From Hypanus sabinus (taxonomy: Eukaryota): DNA of 64,000 nucleotides. Both the position numbers and the translations under genes were made by a program. Below are positions 11,088-23,677 of this stretch, piece by piece. Under the pieces are notes generated by a model. The model saw only the letters and a program-made list of their open reading frames with translations. It was not told where the DNA came from and did not search any database. Location: contig NC_082722.1 in assembly GCF_030144855.1 (NCBI RefSeq), forward strand, positions 27,838,001 through 27,902,000, given 5' to 3'. Each line of letters opens with the position of its first letter. Within the stretch, counting starts at the first letter, position 1.

Positions 11088-14000
11088 TTAAATATATAGA
11101 TGCTCTGAAGACAAAATTATTCGTTATTTGGGGAAAGAAATAAATATATATACTAAAGTTATTATGAACGCCGTGGAGCATGTGGGGATCTTTCGATATC
11201 CAGGCATTCTTTCATTCTTTCTTTCTTCTTCTCTTTCTTTTTCTTTCTTTCTCTAGGGATATGTTAGGGGGAGGGGGAAGGGTTGATAACTTTTTTTTCT
11301 TCTGTAATCATTGAAAACTCAATAAAAAAATTTTAAAAAGGAGTTGAAAATTGTCTAATAAGGCAGGCAGACAAAAATAACAACAAAATTTCCTCATTCC
11401 AATTTATCTTTGCATTTTTGCTCCATTTCAATTATATCCCTTCGGTCAAATGGCATCCCACTGGTTTCTCTAGTCAAGCAGTTGCGCTCATACGGTCAAA
11501 AGGCTCTAAGCCGCGACGGTAAGGACGGTGTTACATAAATGAAAATTTTGTTTCTCTTGATAATTTCCTTCAGGGTTTGGTTATAAAGGTTCGACTTATG
11601 AACTACTGCTTAATGTCCGGATTGCAAAACAACAAAGAAATTGATGCAGGAGACTGGTTTGAACAGCAAGTATTTTCTCTCGGACGTCGTCATGCACACG
11701 TCTCCGGTACAATGTATGAGTTTGGATTCTGAGCATTCATGACAAAGAGGAACGACATATGATCGCATATTCGGCCTATTACTTCAGCAATTGTCATGCA
11801 ATTTCAATGCTTAAGTTTCATGAAACAAAAGCATGTAATGCGAAACCTTCATAAATGTATTCCAGTGACAGATTTCAGTATGTTTACTCAAAGTAGGCCG
11901 CATAATACTCAGGTTCCTCACTCGTTGCTGTAAGCAGCTCGCACGTAGAACTCAGCGAAAAGCAGTAAGAAATGCTGTCTGTGATAGAATTAGATTTCGG
12001 GTATAGGATGTTGATCATATAAATAGAGAGCTTAGAGTTTAAACAGCAAGTTATTCAGTTTAATGATGGCAGTGATTCAAGAGGTACTGTGATAAAATTT
12101 ATCAAGGGCAAATCGAGGAAGCCTCAAATGATTGATTGCAGTTCCGAGGTTCCTTTTTAAATCCAATAAACACGAGCAGTTGCGTTGGGGCAAATGCTGC
12201 TATTTCAAATATCTCCTACATTTCCACAAAGTAAACGAGAGACAATCGGATAGTCCATCGAGCAAAAAGTTTAACCCGATACGGGGGAAAAAATGTTTAT
12301 CACGCACCCAGGTGTCTAACCTGACAGGGTAAATTGCTATCCATTTATTAAATGACAACACTGGATATTCAAGAGCATCTTGGTTGGCGATGAAACAATA
12401 CCGAACTTCCATGCGCGTCCTCAGCATGGAGTTAAGTTTCTGATTACCCTGTCAAGCACCACGCCATTTTGAGCAGTCATGTTTCCGAATTTCCACGAAG
12501 CTGTGGGCATGGTATGTCTTTTTCATAGAAGTTTCGTCACCGTTATTAAATTGTATTCCTGTCCTCTCAGATCCGAAATTTTGCAGCTGCTTGTCACAGG
12601 TAACACACAATTTGTCTACTGGATCCCACGGGATGGAATTGACGTCTGTTTATTGAGGAGTTTAGCCCGCAGAGGATATGGACATTGTGAACCTTATCCT
12701 GCAGTGGTTCTGGATGAATCGTAAGACAGAATTCTAATGGAAGTCAGCTTACTTTTACGTTACAGATAATTTGAGATGCCAAATTTAAAAATGTATCCAC
12801 GGCAGAATACATTATTTCCAAAGGTACGTTTTCTGTCGAGATTTCCACCTTGATCTTCAGATATTCTTTCTCGACACATAAATACCAAAGATGAGAGTAC
12901 TGCGATTAGTTCCCCATGAACCACTCTCTGTTCTCCATTAGTCTATTCTTCATGGTGTGTGAGAATAGAACAGTAACTTGGACCATTTGCTGAGCACTTA
13001 AAAACAAACTGGCTGATAAAAAAATGGCTTCGTTTGAGTACGTTTGGGATTGTCGTGGTAGCTCTTAGGTAATAATTGAATAAGGCTGCAGATACATTTT
13101 CTTTTTTAAATGCTTTAGAGATAACTCCTACATCTCTATGTTTTCACCAGAATAAATTTGTTCACCGTTAACGGGGGCGGGAAAGCACAGGAAAATAGAA
13201 GACAGTTTGTTCTTTTTTCAACTTTTCTATTTATTGTTTTTATTTCAAATGCTTGAATACATGACAATCTCAGAAAAATCTATTTTTGTTTAAATGTCAA
13301 GCTCAGTTCTGGTTAGGCCAAGGGTTTGACTGTAAGTCTAGATTTCTAATTTGTGAGACAATTTTGTCCACCGGACGAGATAATTCTCTGTAATATCGCG
13401 CCTTTAAATGCCTCTGCCCTCATTACAAACATATTCCAAAATGTTTTCAACAAGGTTCTTTTTGGATAAATGTTTCAACTTTGGATAAATGATTATTCTT
13501 TAATGGGTAATATAGAGCTGAATTGAAGTTAGTTGACTGTAAAGTTAAAGCTACTGTTTGATACTACTGTGTGGAAGACATCGGAATCAATCAGCAAGTC
13601 ACACAGCCTCTGCTGTGAAGTAGAAATAGGGCGAAGACTTCAAGTTGATAATTTTTCACAAAGTCATGAACAGAAATGATTTGTATTTTCCCTTTTTAAT
13701 AGAAGGTACCCGATGCTTTGTGCTTAATTTCGGATTGGAAACATCTGTAATCCAGTGTTCCATTAATTACCCTCCTTTCCAATACATGATCTAACTTGAT
13801 ATGAGACGAATACAAAGCGACATGACATTCCTTCCCCTTTCATTCAGAAGTATCGTGGAAAACTTTAAATCAAGAGGCAATTCTCGACATTGCCACTTCA
13901 TGTAATGTCGTCTACCTGTTCCTTGTTCCCTTAACACTGCTTTTAAATTGACAATGGACCAGTACAGCACAGGAGTAGGACCGGCTAAGCTGTCCGTTCC

Positions 14001-14339
14001 GAACCCGATGTCAAATTAAACTAAATATCTACTCGTTCCGGTCCCTCATTTATTTAATCAGAAAGGAGAATGCTTTCCCGCTGAGATCGGTTTACAATGC
14101 TCTCAGAGAATGACACACACAAAACTACTAATTAGTTAGATTTTTTTAAGAATCCTTTCGTATATGTATTTCCAGAATGAACATAGCACAGAAACAGGAA
14201 GTATAGACGTTGCAGCACAACTTGCAAAACATCAAGCTGACAGAAGCAAAATATCAAATTAGTTATTTAAGTTAAACTTATTGACCTACTTTTAAATGTC
14301 AAGTGTGATAACACGAGCTCTATTTCCCATTCTGATATG

Positions 14340-14800
14340 TCTATTCATGGCCTCCTCTACTGTCAAGATTAAACCACACTGAGGTTGAAGGAACAACAGC
14401 TTATATACCGTCTGGGTAGTCTCCAACCTGATGGCATGAACATCGACTTCTTTATCTTCCGTTAATGCCCCTCCTCCCCTTATTACCCCATCCCTAATTT
14501 ATTTATTTCCCCCCTCCCCTTTTTGTTCTCTCCCTACCCATCACTCTGCCTGTTCTCTATCTCCCTCTGGTACTCACTTCCCCCTTTCTTTGTCTTTAGG
14601 CCTCCCGTCCCATGACCCTTTCCGTTCTCCAGCTCTGTATCCCTTTTGCCAATCATCTTTCCAGCTCTTAGCTTTACCCCAACCCCTCTGGTCTTTTCCT
14701 ATCATTTCGCAATTGCCCCTCCCCCTCCTACTTTCAAATCTCTTACTATCTTTTCTTTCAGTTAGTCCCGACGAAGGGTCTCGGCCCGAAAAGTAGAGAG
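14340..14800 (+). mobile_element. Penelope-like element 3' fragment
   Basis: catggcctcctctactg...cttatataccgtctgggtagtctccaacctgatggcatgaac matches the end of the GIY-YIG-bearing copy at ~40380-40446; it ends in a gacgaagggtctcggcccgaaa tail. Confidence 0.6.
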
Positions 14801-15959
14801 TGCTTCTTCCTATAAATACTGCCTGGCCTGCTGCGTTCCATCAGCATTTTGTGTGTGTTGCTAGAATTTCCAGAATCTGCAGATTTCCTCGTATTTCCTT
14901 TCTGCTGCATACAGGTTTTAGAGTGGAGTAATCTTTGACCACGGATTTTCCACGATGTTGCCAGCAGACTCACGCGTGCAATTCTATTCTCAGGTAGCGT
15001 ATTCGTTCCCATGAACACAAGGTACAAATGCATTCTTGCTGAACTGGTAGATAAATTAAAATTCTATTCTGAACTGATTTTTTTCGAAAACCTGCAGAAG
15101 CACGCATGCAAATATTTGTATTTCTGAATAATAAACAGGAAGTGAAAATATATCTATTGGTCGGAATTTAACAAAAGCAGATTGCCTTTCAAATGGGCAG
15201 ATAAAATAGGAAAGGAAACACAACAATGTACTCACTACATTCGAAGTTAATTTAAATGGACTCATAATTCACGAATGTAGAGTTGGCAGTCCAGAAACAC
15301 AATTCTGAGGAAAGAAAATATATTGAAACGTAAATTCTGTTGATCTTCCTGCACATTCTAACCTGATCTGCTGAATATTCCGTGAATTCCTTATTCAATA
15401 GTCTAGCAAGTTGGGCCATTAGTCTTTTTTGATATCTGTTCTATTAGGCCACTTTAAATTCCTTGAATACGGAATTTTATTCTGTTTCATATGCTACCAT
15501 AACCCGCAAGGGTCCTGAGCCCCCACAGGTGTAAATGATCCGCGAGATGAGTATGCCATTGGGAACAGCTATCAACTGCGGAGGCAGTAGACGTGAAAGG
15601 AGTGTTGGGGAGGTCAAGCTGGGTACAGGTTCTGGAGGGTGATAAGCAGAAAGGCAAAGGCTACCAGTTCTGGAATCTAACAAAGGAGGATAATGGGGAC
15701 CGTTAGAGGAGAGGTGAAGGGCAGAAACAGCCAGGACCAGATAGCGGATGGGGAAGACTTTGTGAAATACCTGTATCCTGGATGGATACAACCAATGGGT
15801 AGCAAAGTTTTTCGAAAGTGTTACTTCTTCAGATGTGGATGAGATAGACTGCTTGAAACTGAATAGAAAGATAATTTCACAGTAGTAGTATAAGTTAGAA
15901 AATTAAAGAAACGAGGCATAAAATTTATCGATTATACAGCGTTTAATTGCATAATGGTA

Positions 15960-17209
15960 ATGACGCCTGGCAATAATTCAACTAAGCTAAAATATTTTGT
16001 GAAGATTTCCGTTTGTATTCAATGCCTGAGACTTCTTGCATAAGTGTCCAACAATGATCCGCCAGCAATGATGGATTCCCGCTGCCTTGATACCATTTTT
16101 TTTTCATGACCGCAATCTCCTTGTAAATCCTTTCACCATGGTCGTTACGAACAGCACCAAGATCTGCATGGAAGAAATCTAAATGGGAATGCAGAAAATA
16201 GTCTTTTATTGACATGCTTTACGTCAGGGTGTTGTATGCCTGAAGTATGTTTTCAAGCAGCTGTACGTAGTTTGATGCTCTGTAGTTGCCAATAAGTTTT
16301 TCAACGACATCCTTGAATGCCTTCCACGGGATTTTCTCCGGTCCCAATAGACGCTCTTCGAATGGGCTGCCATTGATAACTTGTTTGATATGCGGACCAA
16401 CAGAAAATGTATTCCTTAATTTTAGAATCAGTTATTCTGAGAAGTATCTCTCAAATATCGAAAATATCCACGGAAAACTTTGTACCTGGAGACAGCAGAT
16501 TTCATCCTTGTTCTTTTGAATCCAGTAATTCCGCTTTTGCCTTTGACAAACCCAAGTCTCTGACCAAGTCATTCAACACAGACTGAGTATCACATAAAGA
16601 CATAAAGAGTTCAAAATCTGTGTCAGTATCAGAGTCGTTTTCCATTCCTGCCTCTTATACATTGTCATCTTTCTCTGCCTCCTCCAGACTCTAAGTCTCT
16701 GGTGGCTTCAGTAGTGCAAGATTATCATCATGTGGTACAGGTCTCGATGCTGAACGCTGATTGCCGTATTCAATTGATTTCTGTTCATAACAGAGAAACC
16801 AGACACACTGGTCAGGTAGAACTGGCTCTCGCTATATCATCGGGGCCACGAATGCTACGATCTTCCGACTATCTCTGAATCAAACTCTCAGATCGATAAC
16901 GCCTGTTGAGCAACAAATGTGAAGAGACCAGGCATTGAGTTGGTCACCAATCTTACACTCAAATTAAATTCATAGGCTTTCTTAACAAGAAGAGTCATGT
17001 TCCGTGGTTGAGATTTAAGCTTCTACTTGCAACAAGTATAACAGAAAGCATCGCAGTTGATGCAACATTGGCCACACATCTTGCTTTCACAAATAATGCC
17101 GAAAATAAAACAACTTGATTATAATGAATACACACAACATACTGTGCCCGCCGAGCATGCGCATGAACATGATGACTGACCGATGTACACTTAAACGCAA
17201 CGCATAGTG
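15960..17209 (-). mobile_element. Chapaev(3)-type DNA transposon, internally deleted
   Basis: Minus-strand pieces: DAFCYTC, KIGDQLNAWSLHICC, LNDLVRDLGLSKAKAELL, FVGPHIK..WKAFKDVV, and MSIKDYFLHSHLDFFHADLGAVRNDHGERI..LLADHCWTL. The candidate 5' terminus CACTATG is at 17209; the left end is uncertain. Confidence 0.75.
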
Positions 17210-17387
17210 TGCGTGATGCTTATATAATCTTTCCAAAACCCATCCTGCCTAACGCCCCGACAAGAAGAAAACTTTTCAGCTTATATCGTGGGCAACCGTT
17301 TAATTCACTTGAGCTATGAATTGAAATAACAAATACAGGCGATTTAAAAAATGGTTCGTGTGTCATAAGGGGACAGGAGGCTGGACC

Positions 17388-17804
17388 TTTTGGAGTATAA
17401 AAGTTGAAATTTTGCTGTGTAACCAAAACTATGTAGTCAGTTTTGAAACTTGCCATTGTCTATGCATGTACCCAATTTAGTAGGAGAATGAAATCCTAAG
17501 AATGTAGAAGACAATGGTGTGTTAATGAGAGGTAACTAAGAGATGTAGATTAGAACATGATTAAGTCACTGGGTAGAAACAATAGTGGCAGGATGTACGT
17601 GTGATACGCAACTATAGACTGATTGGATATGCTAATGCAACTAAACCAGGAGATTGCTATAAAAATGCTATGTCCAAGGGTCGGTGGGCAATCAGCGACT
17701 AGCTCAATGACTGTCTCAGCTTTGATTGGCAAATTAAAGTTTAACCCTTCTCGAAGAATCTTCTGCGTCTCCTGGACATTTGTGGGGCAGGAGAAACCAC
17801 GACA
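17388..17804 (+). repeat. ERV 5' LTR
   Basis: Aligns end to end with 35841-36338; ends ...ccacgaca; carries a TATAAAAA box. Confidence 0.92.
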
Positions 17805-17808
17805 AAAT

Positions 17809-17826
17809 TGGCGACCGCGGCAGGAC
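17809..17826 (+). promoter_or_regulatory. ERV primer-binding site, tRNA-Arg
   Basis: TGGCGACCGCGGCAGGAC is the 18-nt complement of the vertebrate tRNA-Arg(TCG) 3' end GUCCUGCCGCGGUCGCCA (tRNA sequence recalled, not searched). Confidence 0.8.
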
Positions 17827-18416
17827 CGGAAAGAGACCCACGGAAAGAAAACGGCAGATTGGGGACGCTTCCCAGTCCTCTAGGGACCCCCACAAGGCCA
17901 ACAGAATTAAGCGTGCACCCAAACAAAAGGTAAGCGCTTTTTGCGACAATTTGAACTAAGAATTCTGTTGGTTTTGGGGAGGTCTTGGAGTCTCAGAAGT
18001 GTGGAACCACTGCCGAAGGGTCTCTCCGGTCATAAGAATCTGGCAGAATTGGGTTTACCAGGAGGCTCAGAGGATTGATCAAGAACACTGCAGTGAGGGT
18101 AAGTACAACTAAGTTAATAAGAAGTTAAGTTAAGAAAAAGTCCACGTGGTGTTGGTAAATCCCTGTGGGTACCGCTTCGTATGAAACGAACGGCTAAACG
18201 GGCAGGGAAAGGAAAATAGAGAAAATCCTCGTTTATACCGCCTTAAGAGATAAGGGTCTGAATAGACGAGGTGCAAAGAGCAAGTTCGGTCGGTACCGCT
18301 CTGAATAGAGGTCTGCACGGGCAGAACAGAATAGACTCAGCATAGAATTAGAGTAAATAATATTATCCAGTAAACGAACTGTGAATGTCTGAAATACCTT
18401 AAAAAGACAGAATAAT

Positions 18417-20744
18417 ATGACAGGTAAAGGAACGGCAGTAGAGATTCTGAGCAAAAAATTCCCGTTAATTAAATATGAGATCACAAAAACTTCAGTAAAA
18501 TGGGAAAAAGGAACCAAAAACCTGGTCACAAAGTGGCCAAGAGAAGGAACGTTTGATGTAAGCTTGTGCGAAGAAACGGAGGCACTAATTAAAAATTACA
18601 AACCAAAAGATAAATCTAAGAAAAGAGGGCAAAAAAGAGAACGAGAAATGGAAGTGCTAAAACTCTTCAGAACGGAGGGAGAAAGGCTGAGGAGGACAGC
18701 TAGAATATTGATTACAAGCGAAGAAGGCACTAAGGTGCAGGAGAAACAGCCTGTTAGAGAGAGAGAAGTGTACAGTGAGAAGCAGTCTTCGGCTCCGTAC
18801 CCGGATGCGAAAGAAACAGAAAAAACCCCTCCCTATAATGAGGAAGGAACCCATAAGCAGTGCCCCCTGTCGACGGGAACAGTAAACATGCAGGGAGAAG
18901 TACAAGTTTGGGATAATGAGGAGGAAAAAAAAACAATACGAGAAGGAAAAAGCGGTGATATGGAAGGAGATACAGACAGAAAGGATAAGGATGGAAAAGG
19001 TACAGAGAGAGATGGAAGAAAGGATTGAACGGATGAAATACTTGAGAGAGGAAAAGGAGTATGAGGAGTATCTGTTATACTATAGAAATAAACAGACCAG
19101 AGAAGAAAGTGGCTCCTCAGGGCAGGAAGAGATGAGGCATTCAAGAAGAGGTGGAAAAAAGATAGCAGATGAGTCTTGGAGAAACACAAAAGAGAAGGGA
19201 ATCAAGCACGAGTAAGGATCATGACGAGACCCTGCCACAGGTGTACAGACACGGACAGGAAGAAAGAGAAGGTGACTCATTGAAGGAGCAAGAGATAAGT
19301 GGAGAGAGAGAGGATGTGATAATTTGTGGGGAAGAGGTAGGAGGCAAAAGCCTAGAAGAGCAGAAGGAGGTGGTAGGGGAGCGACTTGCAGAAGTAGAAA
19401 GAGAGCTAGATATGTTACTGAGAGGGGATTGCCAGAAGAGATGCGAAAAATACTCCAGGGGCCAACCAAGTATTGAATCAAGACAGAAAGGAAGGACTCA
19501 ACAGGGAGACCGAGGGAAGAAGAGGACCCCGGAGACATTTGTGTGTGAGGAAGTAAAGACATACCCTGAGACAGATGGGGAGTCAGGTGAGGAGGAGAGC
19601 CAGGGCAGCTGGGAAGAAGGAGGAAGAATGATGTCGTTGTTAGTAAAAGGATCAGGACAAGTGCAGTATATCCCTTGGGGATCCCAGGACCTAGAAGGGC
19701 TGAATAACACTCTGCCCAATGTACATGAAGGAGCAGGTAAATGGATTAGAGTTTTTATAGAAGAAACGGCAGGACGATTATTGGCTATGGGAGATTTGAA
19801 GGCACTATTGATAAGGTTGATGGGAACCTCCAAATTTAATGAACTAATGGAAATTGCTGGAATAGTAAACTCAAATGACCCAAGAACTGATGGAGACGGG
19901 TTTGACAGAGTGAGGCAGAGGGTATCGTAGGCCCTCAGAAAGCTTTATCCACCCAAAGTGGACCCCAAAGCCTTAAACGGGGATCCACTGGGAGACACTG
20001 AAAACCCAGCAGCCTTTGTAGAAAACCAGTTGAAATGGTGGAGACTGGAGACTGAGCAAGAGGTGGCGAACAGCTTGTTTATGACCTCACTGTTCCGACA
20101 TAGCATTTTGGATGCAAGTAAAATCCAAACTGGAGGAAGTGGTTGGCCTGACGTCAATGACCCCACAAGAATTTAGAGACCAGGTAGTCCATGCGGTTGA
20201 GAAATACCGGAAAGACAAACGAAGGTTGGCTGAGCAGCAGGAAGATGAGCAAAGAAAGTTAATACAAATGCAGCTCGAAGAACTCAAAAAGAAGGAAAAA
20301 GAGAAAAGCAAAAGGATGCTGCCAGCAACCACCGGCTCGAGCACAGCCATCGAACTGGACAAAACACTGCTATATGGAGGGACCGATCATACTGTAAGAC
20401 AAGGGCTGGAAAACCCCAAACCAATAATCGTCTTTGGGGGAGCATTCCCACAAATGCCCTATAAGGAACAGACTAAATTCAAACAGACCAGATAGGACTG
20501 GAAGTCCCAAGGAGCGGGACAGAGGAACTATGGGCAGAGATGACCAGTGAGGAAACAGGGGGAAAGAGAGTTAGAGAGATTGTGCTGGGAATATAATCAG
20601 CCAGGTCACATGAGAAGAGATTGTCTGTTTACACCATGGCCTGTCCCACACCAGCAGGAACCGATAAAAAGGGAACTAAAGTTTAGCCAAGGACCAGCCC
20701 CCACAGGCCCAAGCGGACCTGTGAACCCCTATGCGAGGTATTAG
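18417..20744 (+). pseudogene. ERV gag (MA, long charged spacer, CA, degenerate NC); frameshifted
   Basis: MA motif WPREGTFD; late-domain-like SSAPYP and TPPY; CA YIPWGSQDLEGL..GAGKWI; NC CWEYNQPGHMRRDC; ends in TAG at 20742-20744. Confidence 0.8.
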
Positions 20745-23677
20745 GGGTGCCCCGAGAACTTGGGTGGGAAGGGACATTACCCAATGATAACAAGGGAGGC
20801 AGATGAGGAACCCATTGTTCAGGTTATGTTAGAAGGGCAACTGACACCAATGATGATAAGTACTAGAGCCACATACACTTGTGTACAGCCACAGTATGCC
20901 CTTCACCTTCCCATGTCAGGAAAGTTTAATAAGACGGTAGGGTTCTCGGGGAAAACACAGTTGACACAGTGCTCGGCTCCAGTGCGGTTGAGAATGGAAA
21001 ATAAAGAAATTGTTTTGCCGGTGCTAGTATTTAAAGGAACTCCGATTAATTTGTTAGGCAGAGATGCCTTATTGAAATTGGAATTAAAATTAGAATGCAC
21101 CAGAAATGGGCTGAGTGTGGAAAGAGCAGGGGCTCAATTGATAGTGCAAGAAGACAAGAAGGCTAATGTGTTTTGGAAAGGAGACATCGCAGATCAGATT
21201 CAGGAAACGTGGGAAAAATGGAAAAAGGGCGTGCAGGCTATATTACCCAGGGCTGTAATGCCCAAATCTGAGCTACATTGTACAGTGATTTTTGACGAGA
21301 CTCAGAACAGGGAGTTAGAGGAGAGATAACAACTGGAGGTATGTACCCAACAGCACCTGAAAGGGGAGGCTGTGATAATTGGAAAGCAAGGGGCAGCTTT
21401 ACAAGTTAAGTCGAACACCTTTTTAGAAAAATGGTACAGGATACCGGAGGCTGCTCCTCACGTGACGTTGTTGGTAAACAAGGGATATCAGTCTAAAGAC
21501 TTAGGACCCTTAGTTAAGAGTGCTGAAACCGTAACAGTGTGGAGGAAAATCACGCCAGAGGTGTGGATATCAGAAGACAACAATTGCATTAAAATAATGG
21601 TAAGTGTAGATATGGTAGGAACCAGTGTGAGAGGTCGAAATAGCTCCCCAACCACACCTGCCTTTGCTGGGAAAGGAAAGAGGCCAGCAGGAAAATAAAA
21701 GGTTAGATGAGTTGCCGTATATTCTGTGGTCACAGCATGACACGGACGTAGGGAAAATAGAAACAGCTAGTCCGGTGGAAATAAGGCTGAAAAGGGGAGC
21801 AATTCCACCCAGGAGAACACAATACCCTCTAAGACCAGAAGCAGAAGAGGGAATAGCATCGACAGTGCAGGGGTTGCTTGAAATAGGAGTACTTAAAAGA
21901 ACAAACAGTCCATGCAATACCCCGTTGCTGCCGGTCTTAAAAGCAGATAAATCTAAGTGGAGATTAGTGCATGATTTGTGGGCGGTAAATGATGTGGCAG
22001 AGGACTGGCCAGCGGTAGTCCCCAACCCAACACATGCTTTTGACTAATGTTCCACCAGAAGCAAGTTACTTTTCAGTGATTGATTTGTGTTTGGCTTTCT
22101 TCAACATTTCTCTAGCAGATCAGTGTCAGTATTTGATTGCATTTACTTACAGAGGTGCTCAGTATACATAAACCAGAATGCCGCAAGGATTTAAACATTC
22201 ACCACATGTTTTTAATCAAGTATTGAAGGCAGACCTAGAGGGCATGCCATTGGAAAGTACATTGTTACAGTATGTGGATGACCTGTTGATTTGCTCCCAC
22301 AGCGAGGGACAGTGTGAGCAGGACATTATAACTCTGTTAGAGAAGCTGGCGCATGGAGGACATAAAGTATCCAAAAAGAAACTGCAATTTCGCACGCAGC
22401 AAGTGGAATACTTAGGCAGGGTAATATCCAAGGGAGTGAAGGCGATATCACCAGATCAGATTGTGTCAATAACAAAGGCCCCAAAACCCCAGACTGTAGG
22501 GCAGATGATGACGTTTTTGGGAATGGCAGGGTACAGCTCAGATTGGACAGGAGAATATGCTGTGATTGTGGTACCTTTGAGAAAGATAATGAAAGAAGCA
22601 GGACATACAAATTTGAAGAACGGCTTACGGTGCAATGGAGAGGCGGAGATAGCTTTCAATACTATTAAGCAGGAATTGCAGTCAGCACCAGCATTAGCTT
22701 TGCCTGACTACGAGAAGGTTTTTCATTTGTATGTATCTAACCGACAGGAGGCTTATGTCACAGCGGTTCTAAAACAAGAGACAGGCACAGGAAAAGCAAA
22801 GCAGCCGATAGCATACTACAGTACGAAACTAGATGAGGTGGCCTGTAATCAGGGATTGCCGGCGTTGTACTATGCATATGGAAAGGCATCACCTGTAACC
22901 AAATTGAGAGCAGATTTACGGTCAGAACCACTAAAGGATGCAAAAAAAAAAGGTTCTGTTCGTAGATGGCTCTTGTTATAGGGATTATGATGGAAATCAT
23001 GCAGGGTTCTCAATAGTGCAGCAGGATCAGTCGAGCTATAAGCTTATTAGGATGGAGTCCTGTCCCCAACCGTGTTCCGCCCAACTAGCGGAAATCAAAG
23101 CCCTGACAGCTGCGTGTGAAATGATGGAAGGTGAGAAAGTAGACATCTATACTGATTCGGCATATGCTCATGGAATATGCCATTTGTTCGGGGCAGTGTG
23201 GAAGCAGAGAAGTTTTTGAAAAAGTAATGGAGATCCCATACAACATTGTCAGCAAATTCTAGACTTAATAAAAGCCATAATGAAACCTAAAGCATTTGCT
23301 ATAGTAAAATGCCAGGCACACAAAAGGGGAAATGATGTAATAACAAAGGGAAATCAAGCTGCGGACGAGGCAGCCAGAAAAGCGATGTACATCAGCTGTC
23401 ATTGCCCCCAGGTAAGCCTAACTCCAGAACCTGAGGTACAGAACCTAATTGAAATCCAAGGTAAGGCAACTTCGGCAGAACAGACAATGTGGAGAAGAAG
23501 GGGGGGTGGCCAAACAGAACCCGGAAGGCTTGTGGTGTATGGAAGACGGTTTGCTGGTAGCGCCCACCCCTCTACTGACGATTCTGATTTCAGAAGCGCA
23601 TGGGATGGACCACTGTGCAAGGGGGGAAGTGATAAAGAAAATAAAAAAGGATGGTTTTTGGTCACCTTATTTACAGG
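20745..23677 (+). pseudogene. ERV pro-pol 5' part: protease, 2H-like domain, RT, RNase H, start of integrase
   Basis: In frame after the gag TAG. Degenerate protease MISTRATYT; RT PCNTPLLPV, MPQGFKHSP, QYVDDLL; RNase H FVDGS..SAQLAE..YTDSAY; integrase HGMDH. Confidence 0.88.

Larger units (their letters stand above)
6143..11338 (+). mobile_element. Full-length L1 LINE, inactivated
   Basis: 17-bp TSD aggagttgaaaaatgtc (6126-6142) / aggagttgaaaattgtc (11339-11355), one mismatch. Contains 5' UTR, ORF1, a spacer, ORF2 and an AATAAA plus A-rich tail. Confidence 0.92.

Noticed and set aside
12300-12830. Cluster of good + strand splice sites and faint minus-strand C1-like words
   Set aside because: I could not build a stop-free spliced frame on either strand.
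15477-15791. ORF ending IYTCGGSGPLRVMV, superficially like an Ig F-G strand
   Set aside because: No C-strand Trp or exon boundaries; the purine-rich + strand resembles a retroelement 3' UTR.
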